Of a stretch of 64,000 nt of DNA, positions 1-7,908 are shown piece after piece. The translations under genes and the position numbers were made by a program. Below the pieces are notes generated by a model. It was not told the origin of the DNA and did not search any database. It saw only the letters and a program-made list of their open reading frames with translations. The number at the start of each line of letters is the position of its first letter. The first letter of the stretch is position 1. The stretch is from Rhodoblastus sp. (lineage in GTDB: Bacteria > Pseudomonadota > Alphaproteobacteria > Rhizobiales > Beijerinckiaceae), in contig JBKDZW010000089.1 in assembly GCA_047971685.1 (NCBI GenBank), forward strand, positions 4,488 through 68,487, given 5' to 3'.

Positions 1-5
1 TCTGG

Positions 6-1949
6 ATGAGCGCATTCGCGGATCTGCCCGCAGGCCTGCGCGCGATCTCGACGATTTCGAGCGATTTCGTCGCCTCCATGTTCGACAATCTCACGGGCTG
101 GCGCGCGATTTTTTTCTTCGCCCTGCTTGGTCTTGTCGGCGTCGTCAATATCGCAGCCTACCGGCTTGCCCGGCGCATCCTCTCGCGCGAGCCCACGGTG
201 GCCGAGCCCGATCGCTTTCACAAGGCTCTGGGCGCCTTGTGGACGGCGTTCGTCGTGGCCGCGCCGCCGTGCCTCACGATCGTCCTGCTGTTTCTTTTGC
301 TCGACGCTTTCGACCTGATGAACGCGCGCATCGAGCCGCTCCAGCGCATTCTGCTTCAGGCGGTCGGCATGCTTGCCGCGGTGGCGGGCATAGCGCGCGG
401 CCTGTTTGCGCCGACCCGCCCCAACTGGCGGCTGACGGCGGTGGACGACGCCGTGGCCGAACGTCTGGCCAATCTGGCCATCACGCAGGCGGCGGTCGTC
501 GCCATCGTGATGACCCTGCTGGGGCTCGTCGAAATTACGGCGGCCGCCCTTCCCGTGACCGCCTACATTCAGGGTGTCGGCGCAGTCGTTTTCGCCGGAC
601 TGACGGCGGCGACGATCTATGGCGCGATCGGGCATGACGAGGATGAGGCCTGCCTGGGCCCGCGCGTCATTCCGCCGCCGCGCTGGATCGGCGTGGCGCG
701 GCTCGTCGCCTGGGTTGCGATCGTGGTCATGGGGCTTGCGGCTTTCCTCGGCTACATCCCGCTCGCCTCCTTCTTGATGGTGCAATTCGTCTGGGTGGTC
801 GGCGTCATCGGCGCGCTTGCCATTCTCGTGCCGCTCGCCACCAACGGCATTGGCGCGACGTTTCAGCCGACCACGCCCTTCGGCCGCACCTTGATGGCGA
901 ATATCGGCTTGCGCCGCGAGGGCGTCGGGCAGATCGGCATCGTCTTGTCCGGCGTGACGCAGATTTTGCTGCTGGCCATAGGTCTGGCGGCGGTCGTTGC
1001 GCCATGGGGGCTGCAATCGGACGATTTGTTCGGCGGGCTGCGCAGCGCCTTTTTCGGTTTCACGGTGGGCGGCGTCACCATTTCGCCGTCGAGCGTCATC
1101 GTCGCGCTTTTCTTGTTCGCGCTATGCTATATCGCCACGCGCGGCGTGCAGAGCTGGCTCGAAAACAGCCTCATGCCGGCGACCAATCTCGATGCGGGCC
1201 TGCGCAATTCCATCCGCACCAGCGTCGGTTATGTCGGCATTTTTCTGGCGGCCTCCGCCGCGCTGGCGCAGGTCGGTCTCGGCTTCGACAAGATCGCCAT
1301 CGTCGCCGGCGCGCTCTCGGTCGGCATCGGTTTCGGTCTGCAATCCATCGTCAACAATTTCGTGTCGGGCATCATCGTTCTCTGGGAGCGCTCCGTGCGT
1401 GTCGGCGATCTCGTGGTGATGGGGTCCGACCAGGGCTATGTGCGAAAAATCAATGTTCGCGCGACCGAAATCGAAACCTTCGACCGCTCGACCATGATCG
1501 TGCCGAACTCCAGTCTCATCACCGGCGTGGTCAAGAACTGGGTGCGCAACGACAGGGTCGCGCGTATCAAGATTCCCGTGACCTTGAACCTTGGCGTCGA
1601 TCCGGAACAGGTGCGCGAGGTGATGACCGGCGTCGCCAAAGACAACGAGAAGGTCGCAAAAATCCCCGCGCCCACGACCCTGTTCATCGAGATGGGGCCA
1701 GGCGGGCTCAAGTTCGAGCTTGTCTGCTTCGTCGACGATGTCGAGACGTCCGGCCGCGCCAAGAGCGAATTGCATTACGCCCTTTTTGCCGCCTTCAAGC
1801 AGGAGACGATCAGCATTGGCGCGCCGGCGGCCGGGCCGACCCGCGTCTCGCTCGAAGGCCCCGTCGCCGAAGCCGTGGCTGAAAATCTGCGCGACAAGGA
1901 TGCGGCGGCGCGCGACAAGGATGCGGCGGCGCGCGACAAGGACGCATGA
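6..1949 (+). CDS. Mechanosensitive ion channel family protein (MscS-type); possibly 5'-truncated by the window edge
   Basis: 647-aa ORF. The N-terminal half is long and hydrophobic with multiple helices. It is followed by an MscS-type core (…GFGLQSIVNNFVSGIIVLWERSVRVGDLVV…TEIETFDRSTMIVPNS…). The frame is open back to base 1, so the true start may lie upstream. The C-terminal tail carries an in-frame 21-bp repeat (RDKDAAA x3). Confidence 0.85.
   Translation: MSAFADLPAGLRAISTISSDFVASMFDNLTGWRAIFFFALLGLVGVVNIAAYRLARRILSREPTVAEPDRFHKALGALWTAFVVAAPPCLTIVLLFLLLDAFDLMNARIEPLQRILLQAVGMLAAVAGIARGLFAPTRPNWRLTAVDDAVAERLANLAITQAAVVAIVMTLLGLVEITAAALPVTAYIQGVGAVVFAGLTAATIYGAIGHDEDEACLGPRVIPPPRWIGVARLVAWVAIVVMGLAAFLGYIPLASFLMVQFVWVVGVIGALAILVPLATNGIGATFQPTTPFGRTLMANIGLRREGVGQIGIVLSGVTQILLLAIGLAAVVAPWGLQSDDLFGGLRSAFFGFTVGGVTISPSSVIVALFLFALCYIATRGVQSWLENSLMPATNLDAGLRNSIRTSVGYVGIFLAASAALAQVGLGFDKIAIVAGALSVGIGFGLQSIVNNFVSGIIVLWERSVRVGDLVVMGSDQGYVRKINVRATEIETFDRSTMIVPNSSLITGVVKNWVRNDRVARIKIPVTLNLGVDPEQVREVMTGVAKDNEKVAKIPAPTTLFIEMGPGGLKFELVCFVDDVETSGRAKSELHYALFAAFKQETISIGAPAAGPTRVSLEGPVAEAVAENLRDKDAAARDKDAAARDKDA
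1890..1946. repeat. In-frame 21-bp tandem repeat (2.7 copies) encoding RDKDAAA at the extreme C-terminus of the MscS-type protein
   Basis: Direct reading: cgcgacaaggatgcggcggcg occurs twice exactly (1890-1910, 1911-1931), followed by the partial copy cgcgacaaggacgca and the stop codon. Confidence 0.9.
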
Positions 1950-2038
1950 ATGCAGGCCAAAACACAATCCGTTCACGAGCTTTTAGACGTGTATGGCTAT
2001 GGGTTGTCCAAGATTACCGCTCGCAAGACGCCCCTCAC

Positions 2039-2596
2039 ATGACATCGGTTCGCATGACATCCGCCCGCACTTCACGCCCGTCGGCGCTTCATCCAGCGCT
2101 TGCTTTCGTTCTTGCCCTGCCGCTCGCCCTTGCGGGCTGCGCCGATGCGCCTGCGCCCATGCCGCGCGCATCGCAGGAGCCGGCCATGTACCGCTCGCTC
2201 GCAGCCTCCGGCGCGGTCGTGGATGCGGAGGCCGCCCGCGCCATGATCTCGCTATACCGCGCCAACAAGGGGCTCGGCGCCCTTACGATCGATTCCGGCT
2301 TGCAGGCGGCAGCCCAGGCCCAGGCCCGCGCCATGGCCGCAGACGGCAGGATCAGCCATGATTCGCACGGTTCGCTGACACGGCGGCTGAATGCGGCGGG
2401 CTATGGCGGAAACAATGCGGTCGAGAATGTCTCGGCGGGCTATCACACGCTCGCCGAAGCCTTCTCCGGCTGGCGCGATTCCCCGCCGCACAATGCAAAT
2501 ATGCTGGCCAGGGGCATGAAGCGCATGGGGATCGCCACCGCCTATGCGCCGGGCGCGAAATACAAGGTGTTCTGGGCGCTGGTTTTGACGGATTGA
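2039..2596 (+). CDS. CAP/SCP (PR-1-like) domain lipoprotein
   Basis: ORF 1946..2596. The internal ATG at 2039 gives a signal peptide with a lipobox (…LALPLALAGC). The C-terminus has a CAP-domain motif (…AEAFSGWRDSPPHNANMLARGMKRMGIA…). The start choice is inferred. Confidence 0.75.
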   Translation: MTSVRMTSARTSRPSALHPALAFVLALPLALAGCADAPAPMPRASQEPAMYRSLAASGAVVDAEAARAMISLYRANKGLGALTIDSGLQAAAQAQARAMAADGRISHDSHGSLTRRLNAAGYGGNNAVENVSAGYHTLAEAFSGWRDSPPHNANMLARGMKRMGIATAYAPGAKYKVFWALVLTD

Positions 2597-2612
2597 GACG
2601 GCCGGCCGGCGC

Positions 2613-3401
2613 TCACGCCGGGGCCGCCGCCATTGTCGCCGGCGCGGACGCCCAGATGTCCCGCGCACGTGGCCGGGCGATGGCGTTCGCCCCGCTGATC
2701 AGCCAGTTGCGCAGGAATGCGTCGAGCCAGAGCGCGACCGTGCGGTCGTACTGGAACCAGCCGGCCAGATGTTCGTGCTGCTGCTGGGCGTTGGGCGATT
2801 GCATGCGCTCGTGGGCGCGCGTCGTCCACCGGCACATCATGGCGTAGGTGACTTCCGGGTGGAACTGGATGGCGACCGCGCTTTGCCCGAACTGGAAGGC
2901 CTGGCACGGAAAGAGGTCGCCCTCGGCGAGCAGCGTCGCGCCGCGCGGCAGGTCGAAACCCTCGCGGTGCCATTGATAGACGGTGCGCGGCATGCGCCCG
3001 CCGAAGGAGGCGTCGCCCGCTTCGGTCGGGCGGATCGGGTAATAGCCGATTTCAGCGGAGCCGCAGTCCTTGTTGAAGACGCGGCGGTGGCTCAGATGCC
3101 GCGCCAGCATCTGCCCGCCCAGGCACACGCCGAGGAAGGGTTTGTTTTCCTTCAGCGGCACGCCGATCCAGTCGGTCTCGCGCGCCAGCCATTCGTCGGT
3201 GTCGTTGGCGCTCATCGGGCCGCCGAAAATCACGGCGCCGGCATGGTCGGCCATGGTCCTGGGCAGCGGGTCGCCGAAGCGCGGGCGTCGAATGTCCAGT
3301 TCGCAACCTTGCTCGACCAATACCCGGCCGATTCTGCCGGGCGTCGAATGCTCCTGATGCAAAACGACAAGAACGCGACGCGGGTTTGATTTCGCGGTCA
3401 T
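2613..3401 (-). CDS. Class I glutamine amidotransferase (GMP-synthase-like GATase domain protein)
   Basis: Nucleophile elbow FLGVCLGGQMLA and a His-Glu motif (AIQFHPEV). Length of 262 aa is typical of stand-alone GATase1 proteins. Confidence 0.8.
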   Translation of the reverse strand: MTAKSNPRRVLVVLHQEHSTPGRIGRVLVEQGCELDIRRPRFGDPLPRTMADHAGAVIFGGPMSANDTDEWLARETDWIGVPLKENKPFLGVCLGGQMLARHLSHRRVFNKDCGSAEIGYYPIRPTEAGDASFGGRMPRTVYQWHREGFDLPRGATLLAEGDLFPCQAFQFGQSAVAIQFHPEVTYAMMCRWTTRAHERMQSPNAQQQHEHLAGWFQYDRTVALWLDAFLRNWLISGANAIARPRARDIWASAPATMAAAPA

Positions 3402-3447
3402 TGGCTCGATTTTCCATAATTAGGCGTTGTTTTGCAAGCGAATATGG

Positions 3448-4251
3448 TCATTTTTCAGGCCCGCCCATACGCCGTGCCTGCCGTTCGGCCAGTTGCGGCA
3501 GCAAGAAACGACGCGGCGTCCAGGCAAGAGCCGCCGCCAGCCCCCGGTTGACAATGCCGGGCGTCACGACGCGCCGGCCCGCCATCAACCCCGCATAGCC
3601 GGCCTCAACCGTCTCGCGCGCGCTGGCGACGCCGGACTGCTGGACGAGCGCCTTGCCGCTCATGCCCGCCCGCGCCTGGAATCCGGTGGCGACGGGGCCG
3701 GGGCAGAGAGCGCTCACCCGCACGCGCGCGCCCTTCAGCTCCTCCGCGAGCGCCTGCGAAAACGACAGGACATAAGCCTTGGTGGCGTAATAGACCGCCA
3801 TGCCCGGCCCCGGCGCGAAAGCGGCGATGGAGGCGACATTGAGCATGCCGCCATGCGTTTCGCGCAGGTCGGGCAGGAAAGCATGCGCCATCGCGGTCAG
3901 GGAGCGCACGTTGAGGTCGATCATGGCGAGCTGATCGTCGATCGGCAGGTCGGCGAAGGGGCCGTTGAGGCCGTAGCCCGCATTGTTGACGAGATATTCC
4001 ACGCGCCCGCCCGCCTGGCGCAGAGCCTCGGCAAGCCTTGCCGGCGCATCCGGCGCGCCAAGGTCGAGCGCAATGGCAAGGGGGCGCGGACGCCCGCCGG
4101 CGGCAATTTCGTCGGCGAGCGCATCCAGGCGATCGAGGCGGCGGGCGACCAGCGCCAGATTGTGGCCGCGTTCGGCGAACAGGCGGGCGAATTCCGCGCC
4201 AAGCCCCTCCGAGGCGCCGGTAATGAGCGCAGTTTTGCGCACATCGCTCAT
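3448..4251 (-). CDS. Short-chain dehydrogenase/reductase (SDR) family oxidoreductase
   Basis: Start placed at MSDVRKTALITGASEGLGAEF (TGxxxGxG Rossmann motif). A YxxxK catalytic motif is present (YYATK). The ATG at 4251 overlaps the upstream TerB stop by 4 nt (ATGA). The longer ORF in the track (to 4428) has an R/P-rich leader that looks non-coding. Confidence 0.85.
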   Translation of the reverse strand: MSDVRKTALITGASEGLGAEFARLFAERGHNLALVARRLDRLDALADEIAAGGRPRPLAIALDLGAPDAPARLAEALRQAGGRVEYLVNNAGYGLNGPFADLPIDDQLAMIDLNVRSLTAMAHAFLPDLRETHGGMLNVASIAAFAPGPGMAVYYATKAYVLSFSQALAEELKGARVRVSALCPGPVATGFQARAGMSGKALVQQSGVASARETVEAGYAGLMAGRRVVTPGIVNRGLAAALAWTPRRFLLPQLAERQARRMGGPEK

Positions 4252-4748
4252 GCGTCGCTCCCGTCCTGTCGCCAGGGATCTGCGGGCAGGGCTTCGGGGC
4301 CGGCTTTTTCGGCCTTGCGCTTGGCCAGAATGCGGTCGCGCGTGGCGACGCCCAAAAGTTCGGCTATGCGCCAGACGGTGTTTTCCTCGATTTCGTCGGC
4401 GTGGTTGTCGGCATAGGCCATGTCCCACAGCAGTTCCACAACGGCCAGCCGGCCCGGCTCGTCGAGCGCGCGCTTGAGAACGCTGGTGAATTGATAGAGG
4501 CCGACCGCCTCGCGCTCGCTTTTTTCGGCGCGTTGCAATAATTCGCGCGCATTTTCCGGGGTGAGTTCAAAGCGGTCGGCGAGGATTTTTTGCAGGCGGC
4601 GCTGTTCTTCCGGCGCGACATGGCCGTCGGCGTTGGCCATGTTGACCAGCAAGGCGGCGGCGGCGACGCGATAATCGTCGGGCGCGAAAACGCTTTTGCG
4701 CTCGCTGCCGGCCAATTTGTCGAAAAGGTTGAAGATCTTGTCGAGCAT
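4248..4748 (-). CDS. TerB-family (tellurite-resistance-like) protein
   Basis: Start at MLDKIFNLFDK…. Shows the TerB-type helical pattern (…AAAALLVNMANADGHVAPEEQRRL…VELLWDMAYADNHADEIEENTVWRIAELLG…). Confidence 0.8.
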   Translation of the reverse strand: MLDKIFNLFDKLAGSERKSVFAPDDYRVAAAALLVNMANADGHVAPEEQRRLQKILADRFELTPENARELLQRAEKSEREAVGLYQFTSVLKRALDEPGRLAVVELLWDMAYADNHADEIEENTVWRIAELLGVATRDRILAKRKAEKAGPEALPADPWRQDGSDA

Positions 4749-4847
4749 GGTCGCCCCAATTTCTCGCGTAATGGTTAATAACTGCCTGACGGCCGCGTCA
4801 AAATGAAACGGGCGACCGTCGCGTCTCAAAATCGGTTTTTCCCGGGA

Positions 4848-5324
4848 TCAGATTTTATCCCAGGGTTTCAGGTCGAGCAGCGGCGTGCCGTCGACGCAAT
4901 CGAGCCCGCGCACGACGAGCGCGCCGGGCTCCACGCCCTCCAGCCGGAGGATCGAGGAGGCGATCGGGTTCGGCCGCACGGGCGAACGCAGGGCAAAGGT
5001 TCCAAAGGTCGCCTGGCGGCCCTTCGGCGCCTGCACAAGCAGGTCGCGCCGGGCAAGATGCATGAAATAGAGCGCCTGCACGAATTGCCGGCCCGCAAGT
5101 CCCGCAAGCGCCGCGCGCCAGGGCGCGTCGACCTCGATGCGGCAGGGCGGCCCCTCGAAATCGCCCCTGTGCGGACAATCGCCGCGCTCCCGCCAGGGCG
5201 TGCGCATGCGGCCGATGAAATAAAGACCGGCGTCGAATTTGTCAGGCAGCGGGCCGGCGATTTCGCCGGGCCTGATGGATTGATCCATGATGGATTGATC
5301 CATGGGCGCATCCGTCGGAACCAA
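4848..5324 (-). CDS. trmO: tRNA (t6A37-N6)-methyltransferase TrmO/TsaA family protein
   Basis: YaeB/TsaA-type beta-barrel motifs (…FALRSPVRPNPIASSILRLEGVE…VRGLDCVDGTPLLDLKPW). The exact start is ambiguous because a 15-bp duplication creates three in-frame ATGs (5324, 5303, 5288). Confidence 0.78.
   Translation of the reverse strand: MVPTDAPMDQSIMDQSIRPGEIAGPLPDKFDAGLYFIGRMRTPWRERGDCPHRGDFEGPPCRIEVDAPWRAALAGLAGRQFVQALYFMHLARRDLLVQAPKGRQATFGTFALRSPVRPNPIASSILRLEGVEPGALVVRGLDCVDGTPLLDLKPWDKI
5274..5303. repeat. 15-bp perfect tandem duplication at the 5' end of trmO (encodes MDQSI MDQSI)
   Basis: gatggattgatccat is repeated exactly at 5274-5288 and 5289-5303. Confidence 0.9.
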
Positions 5325-5428
5325 ATCTACGTTCCGATCATAGCCGCTTTAACCGCCGAAGGCGTCTGGAGAACTCGACTGCCGAAAGCGTCCCGAGCGC
5401 GGGATGCGCAAACGACGTTTCCGGGAAA

Positions 5429-5650
5429 TCAGGCGCCGGCGAAGACGATCTGCGCGTCCGAGCCAAGATCCTGCACGGCCGCGCGCAGCGCGGTCTCGAC
5501 TTCTCGCGAATTTTCGTGCGCGGGCGTGAGCTGAATCGTCACGCAGGCTGTTTTCGAGCCATCTACCGGGGAAATCGAAGGCGTTTCGATCTTGCCTTCG
5601 ACGACGAACGGCGCAAGACGCCGGCGAATCTTGTCTTCAATAATATCCAT
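5429..5650 (-). CDS. Small hypothetical protein (73 aa)
   Basis: ORF with plausible composition (MDIIEDKIRRRLAPFVVEGKIETPSISPVDGSKTACVTIQLTP…). I could not assign a family. A faint resemblance to DUF59/MIP18 was not convincing. Confidence 0.45.
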   Translation of the reverse strand: MDIIEDKIRRRLAPFVVEGKIETPSISPVDGSKTACVTIQLTPAHENSREVETALRAAVQDLGSDAQIVFAGA

Positions 5651-5670
5651 GAGGCGCTCAATCCGTCATA

Positions 5671-5738
5671 TGGCGCGCAAGGTCAAGTGGCGCGCAAGGT
5701 CTAGTGGCGCGCAAGGTCTAGTGGCGCGCAAGGTCAAG
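5671..5738. repeat. Intergenic 17-bp tandem repeat, 4 copies (TGGCGCGCAAGGTC[A/T]AG)
   Basis: Units at 5671-5687, 5688-5704, 5705-5721 and 5722-5738. The outer copies end AAG and the inner copies end TAG. Confidence 0.95.
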
Positions 5739-5813
5739 CCGCATTTGCGCCGGTTTAGTCATGACCTGGCTGCATGACAGGCTTGTGACTGGGGTTTGGC
5801 GCATATTAAGCGG

Positions 5814-6479
5814 TCAGTCCGAAATCTGCAAAAACCGCCAGACCTGCGTTTTCTTGATCTCGCTGTCTTCGAGCGCGCGCGTGACCGGCACGCGATAGCA
5901 GGCGACGGCCTCCAGTTTTTCGCGTGCGAGATAGGAGCGGCCGGGATCGCCGATCAAGACCGCCGCCCCGCGCGAACCGAGGCGCTCCAGCCAGTCGGTG
6001 ACGCTACCCGCCATGTCGCGTTCGTAGGAGACATCGCCCGCCAGAACCACGTCCCAGCCTTCGTCCGCGCCGATCATGTCGGCGTGGCGGGCTTCGATCG
6101 AAACCGAATTTTCGGCGGCGTTGATTGCAATCGCCATCGCTGCGAAAGCGTCGATCTCGCTTGCCTCCACCCGGGCAGCGCCGGCCTTTGCCGCAGCGAT
6201 GGCGACAAGGCCGGAGCCCGAGGCGAAGTCCAGAACGTGCTTGCCCGCGACAATCTCGGGATGGTCGAGAACATAGCGCGCAAGCGCCTGCCCGCCGGCC
6301 CAGGCGAAGGCCCAGAACGGCGGCGGCAGGCCGATCTCGCCGAGTTCTTCCTCCGTCTTTTCCCAGAGCGCCGTGGCCTCGTCCGCAAGGCGCAGCGAAA
6401 TCTCCGGCGCATGCGGGACGGCAAGCAGGCGCGTGTTGGCGCGAATGAAGGCGGCGCGGTCGCCAATGGCCGAATTCAT
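5814..6479 (-). CDS. Class I SAM-dependent methyltransferase (PrmA-like small MTase)
   Basis: Start set at MNSAIGDRAAF… (ATG 6479). SAM-binding motif VLDFASGSGLVAIAAAKAGA followed by EIDAFA. The 347-aa ORF in the track has a G/R-rich leader that is unlikely to be coding. Confidence 0.75.
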   Translation of the reverse strand: MNSAIGDRAAFIRANTRLLAVPHAPEISLRLADEATALWEKTEEELGEIGLPPPFWAFAWAGGQALARYVLDHPEIVAGKHVLDFASGSGLVAIAAAKAGAARVEASEIDAFAAMAIAINAAENSVSIEARHADMIGADEGWDVVLAGDVSYERDMAGSVTDWLERLGSRGAAVLIGDPGRSYLAREKLEAVACYRVPVTRALEDSEIKKTQVWRFLQISD

Positions 6480-6625
6480 GCGGGCCGCGCTTGCAAAGGA
6501 ACCGCCTGTGTCTTCACCGGATGCGCGCGCCCTGACGGCGATGGCTTCGGTTGTATGAATGAGCGATCTTGCGCATAGTGCGCAGCCATCCGCAACCGCC
6601 CGCCCGCAACGGCGAGCATCGCCGG

Positions 6626-6670
6626 GCAAGGCTTGGCGCTCATGCAAGGCTTGGCGCTTATGCAAGGCTG
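6626..6670. repeat. 18-bp tandem repeat, ~2.5 copies, upstream of the TRAP binding-protein gene
   Basis: gcaaggcttggcgctcat / gcaaggcttggcgcttat / gcaaggctg, read directly. Confidence 0.85.
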
Positions 6671-6722
6671 CGCAAACATAAAGACAAAACAAGTCCAAAA
6701 GACAGAACAAGCCGAGGATCCC

Positions 6723-7739
6723 ATGCCCTTCGATCGCCGCACCTTTCTGACGACCTCCGCCGTCGTCGCCATTTCCGCGCCCGCCATCCTGCGCGTCACG
6801 CGCGCGGGCGCTGCCGAATATCCGCTGAAGCTCGCCAACAATCTGCCCGAAACCCATCCGCTCACCCTGCGCATGCGCGAAGCCGCCGCCGCGATCGGCA
6901 AGGACACCGGCGGCAAGGTCGAGATGCAGGTCTTCCCGAACAATCAGCTTGGCTCCGACACCGACATGCTGAGCCAGCTACGCTCCGGCGCGCTCGAATT
7001 CTTCTCGCTCTCGGGCCTCATCCTATCGACGCTGGTGCCGGCCGCCTCCATCAACGGCGTCGGTTTTGCGTGGTCGGGCTATGACAAGGTCTGGCCGGCG
7101 ATGGACGGGGAACTGGGCGCCTATGTGCGCGGACAGATCGCCAAGTCCGGCCTCTACGCCTTCGAGAAAATGTGGGACAACGGCTTCCGCCAGATCACCA
7201 CATCGACCAAGCAGATCAAGACGCCGGAAGATCTCGTCGGCCTCAAGATCCGTGTGCCGGCGAGCCCGCTGTGGACCTCGATGTTCAAGGCTTTCGATTC
7301 CGCGCCGCTGGCGATCAATTTTTCGGAAGTCTATTCGGCCCTGCAAACCAAGGTCGCCGAAGGGCAGGAAAATCCGCTGGCGATCATCTCCACGGCGAAA
7401 CTTTATGAAGTGCAGAAATATCTCGCGCGCACCAACCACATGTGGGACGGCTTCTGGCAATTGGCCAATGGCAAGGTCTGGAAGGGTCTGCCGCCCGACG
7501 TGCAGGCGGCGATCTCCAAGCGCTTTGCGGAAGCAGCCCTTGCCCAGCGCGAAGACGTGGCCAAGCTCAACGCGACGCTCGAAAAGCAATTGAAGGAAAA
7601 CGGCCTCGAATTCAACGAGGTCGATCCGGCCCTTTTCCGCGCCAAGCTGGCCAAGGCGGGCTTCTTTACGGAATGGAAGGGCAAATACGGCGACGACGCC
7701 TGGGCGGTGCTCGAAAAATACACCGGCAAGATTTCCTGA
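6723..7739 (+). CDS. TRAP transporter substrate-binding protein (DctP family)
   Basis: Start at MPFDRRTFLTTSAVVAISAP (Tat-like signal). DctP-family motifs (…NQLGSDTDMLSQLRSGALEF…, …FRQITTSTKQIKTPEDLVGLKIRVP…). Confidence 0.9.
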   Translation: MPFDRRTFLTTSAVVAISAPAILRVTRAGAAEYPLKLANNLPETHPLTLRMREAAAAIGKDTGGKVEMQVFPNNQLGSDTDMLSQLRSGALEFFSLSGLILSTLVPAASINGVGFAWSGYDKVWPAMDGELGAYVRGQIAKSGLYAFEKMWDNGFRQITTSTKQIKTPEDLVGLKIRVPASPLWTSMFKAFDSAPLAINFSEVYSALQTKVAEGQENPLAIISTAKLYEVQKYLARTNHMWDGFWQLANGKVWKGLPPDVQAAISKRFAEAALAQREDVAKLNATLEKQLKENGLEFNEVDPALFRAKLAKAGFFTEWKGKYGDDAWAVLEKYTGKIS

Positions 7740-7750
7740 AGAACCAGGGC

Positions 7751-7785
7751 GCCGCCGGTTGATCATGGATTGATTCACCGGCGGC
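7751..7785 (+). other. Intercistronic hairpin between dctP-like and dctQM-like genes
   Basis: GCCGCCGGT (7751-7759) and ACCGGCGGC (7777-7785) form a perfect 9-bp stem with a 17-nt loop. No T-tract follows, so it is not a canonical terminator. Confidence 0.4.
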
Positions 7786-7908
7786 CCGCTGCGGTTCCCG
7801 GCCCGAAATCTCTGAAGGCCAACATGCCCGCCCCTTCAAAACCGCGCAGGCCAAAGCCGGTTTTCCCGTATTTCGTGCGCAAAAAGGCCGGGTGACGCCG
7901 GATCGACC

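Noticed and set aside
5429-5650. The small ORF as a DUF59/MIP18 Fe-S assembly protein.
   Set aside because: The characteristic Cys-containing motif is absent and the overall similarity is only a loose pattern. It is left as hypothetical.
6633-6722. An upstream extension of the TRAP binding protein (MALMQGLALMQG…).
   Set aside because: The extension is encoded by the 18-bp tandem repeat and precedes a good Tat-type signal that starts at the ATG at 6723. It is unlikely to be translated.
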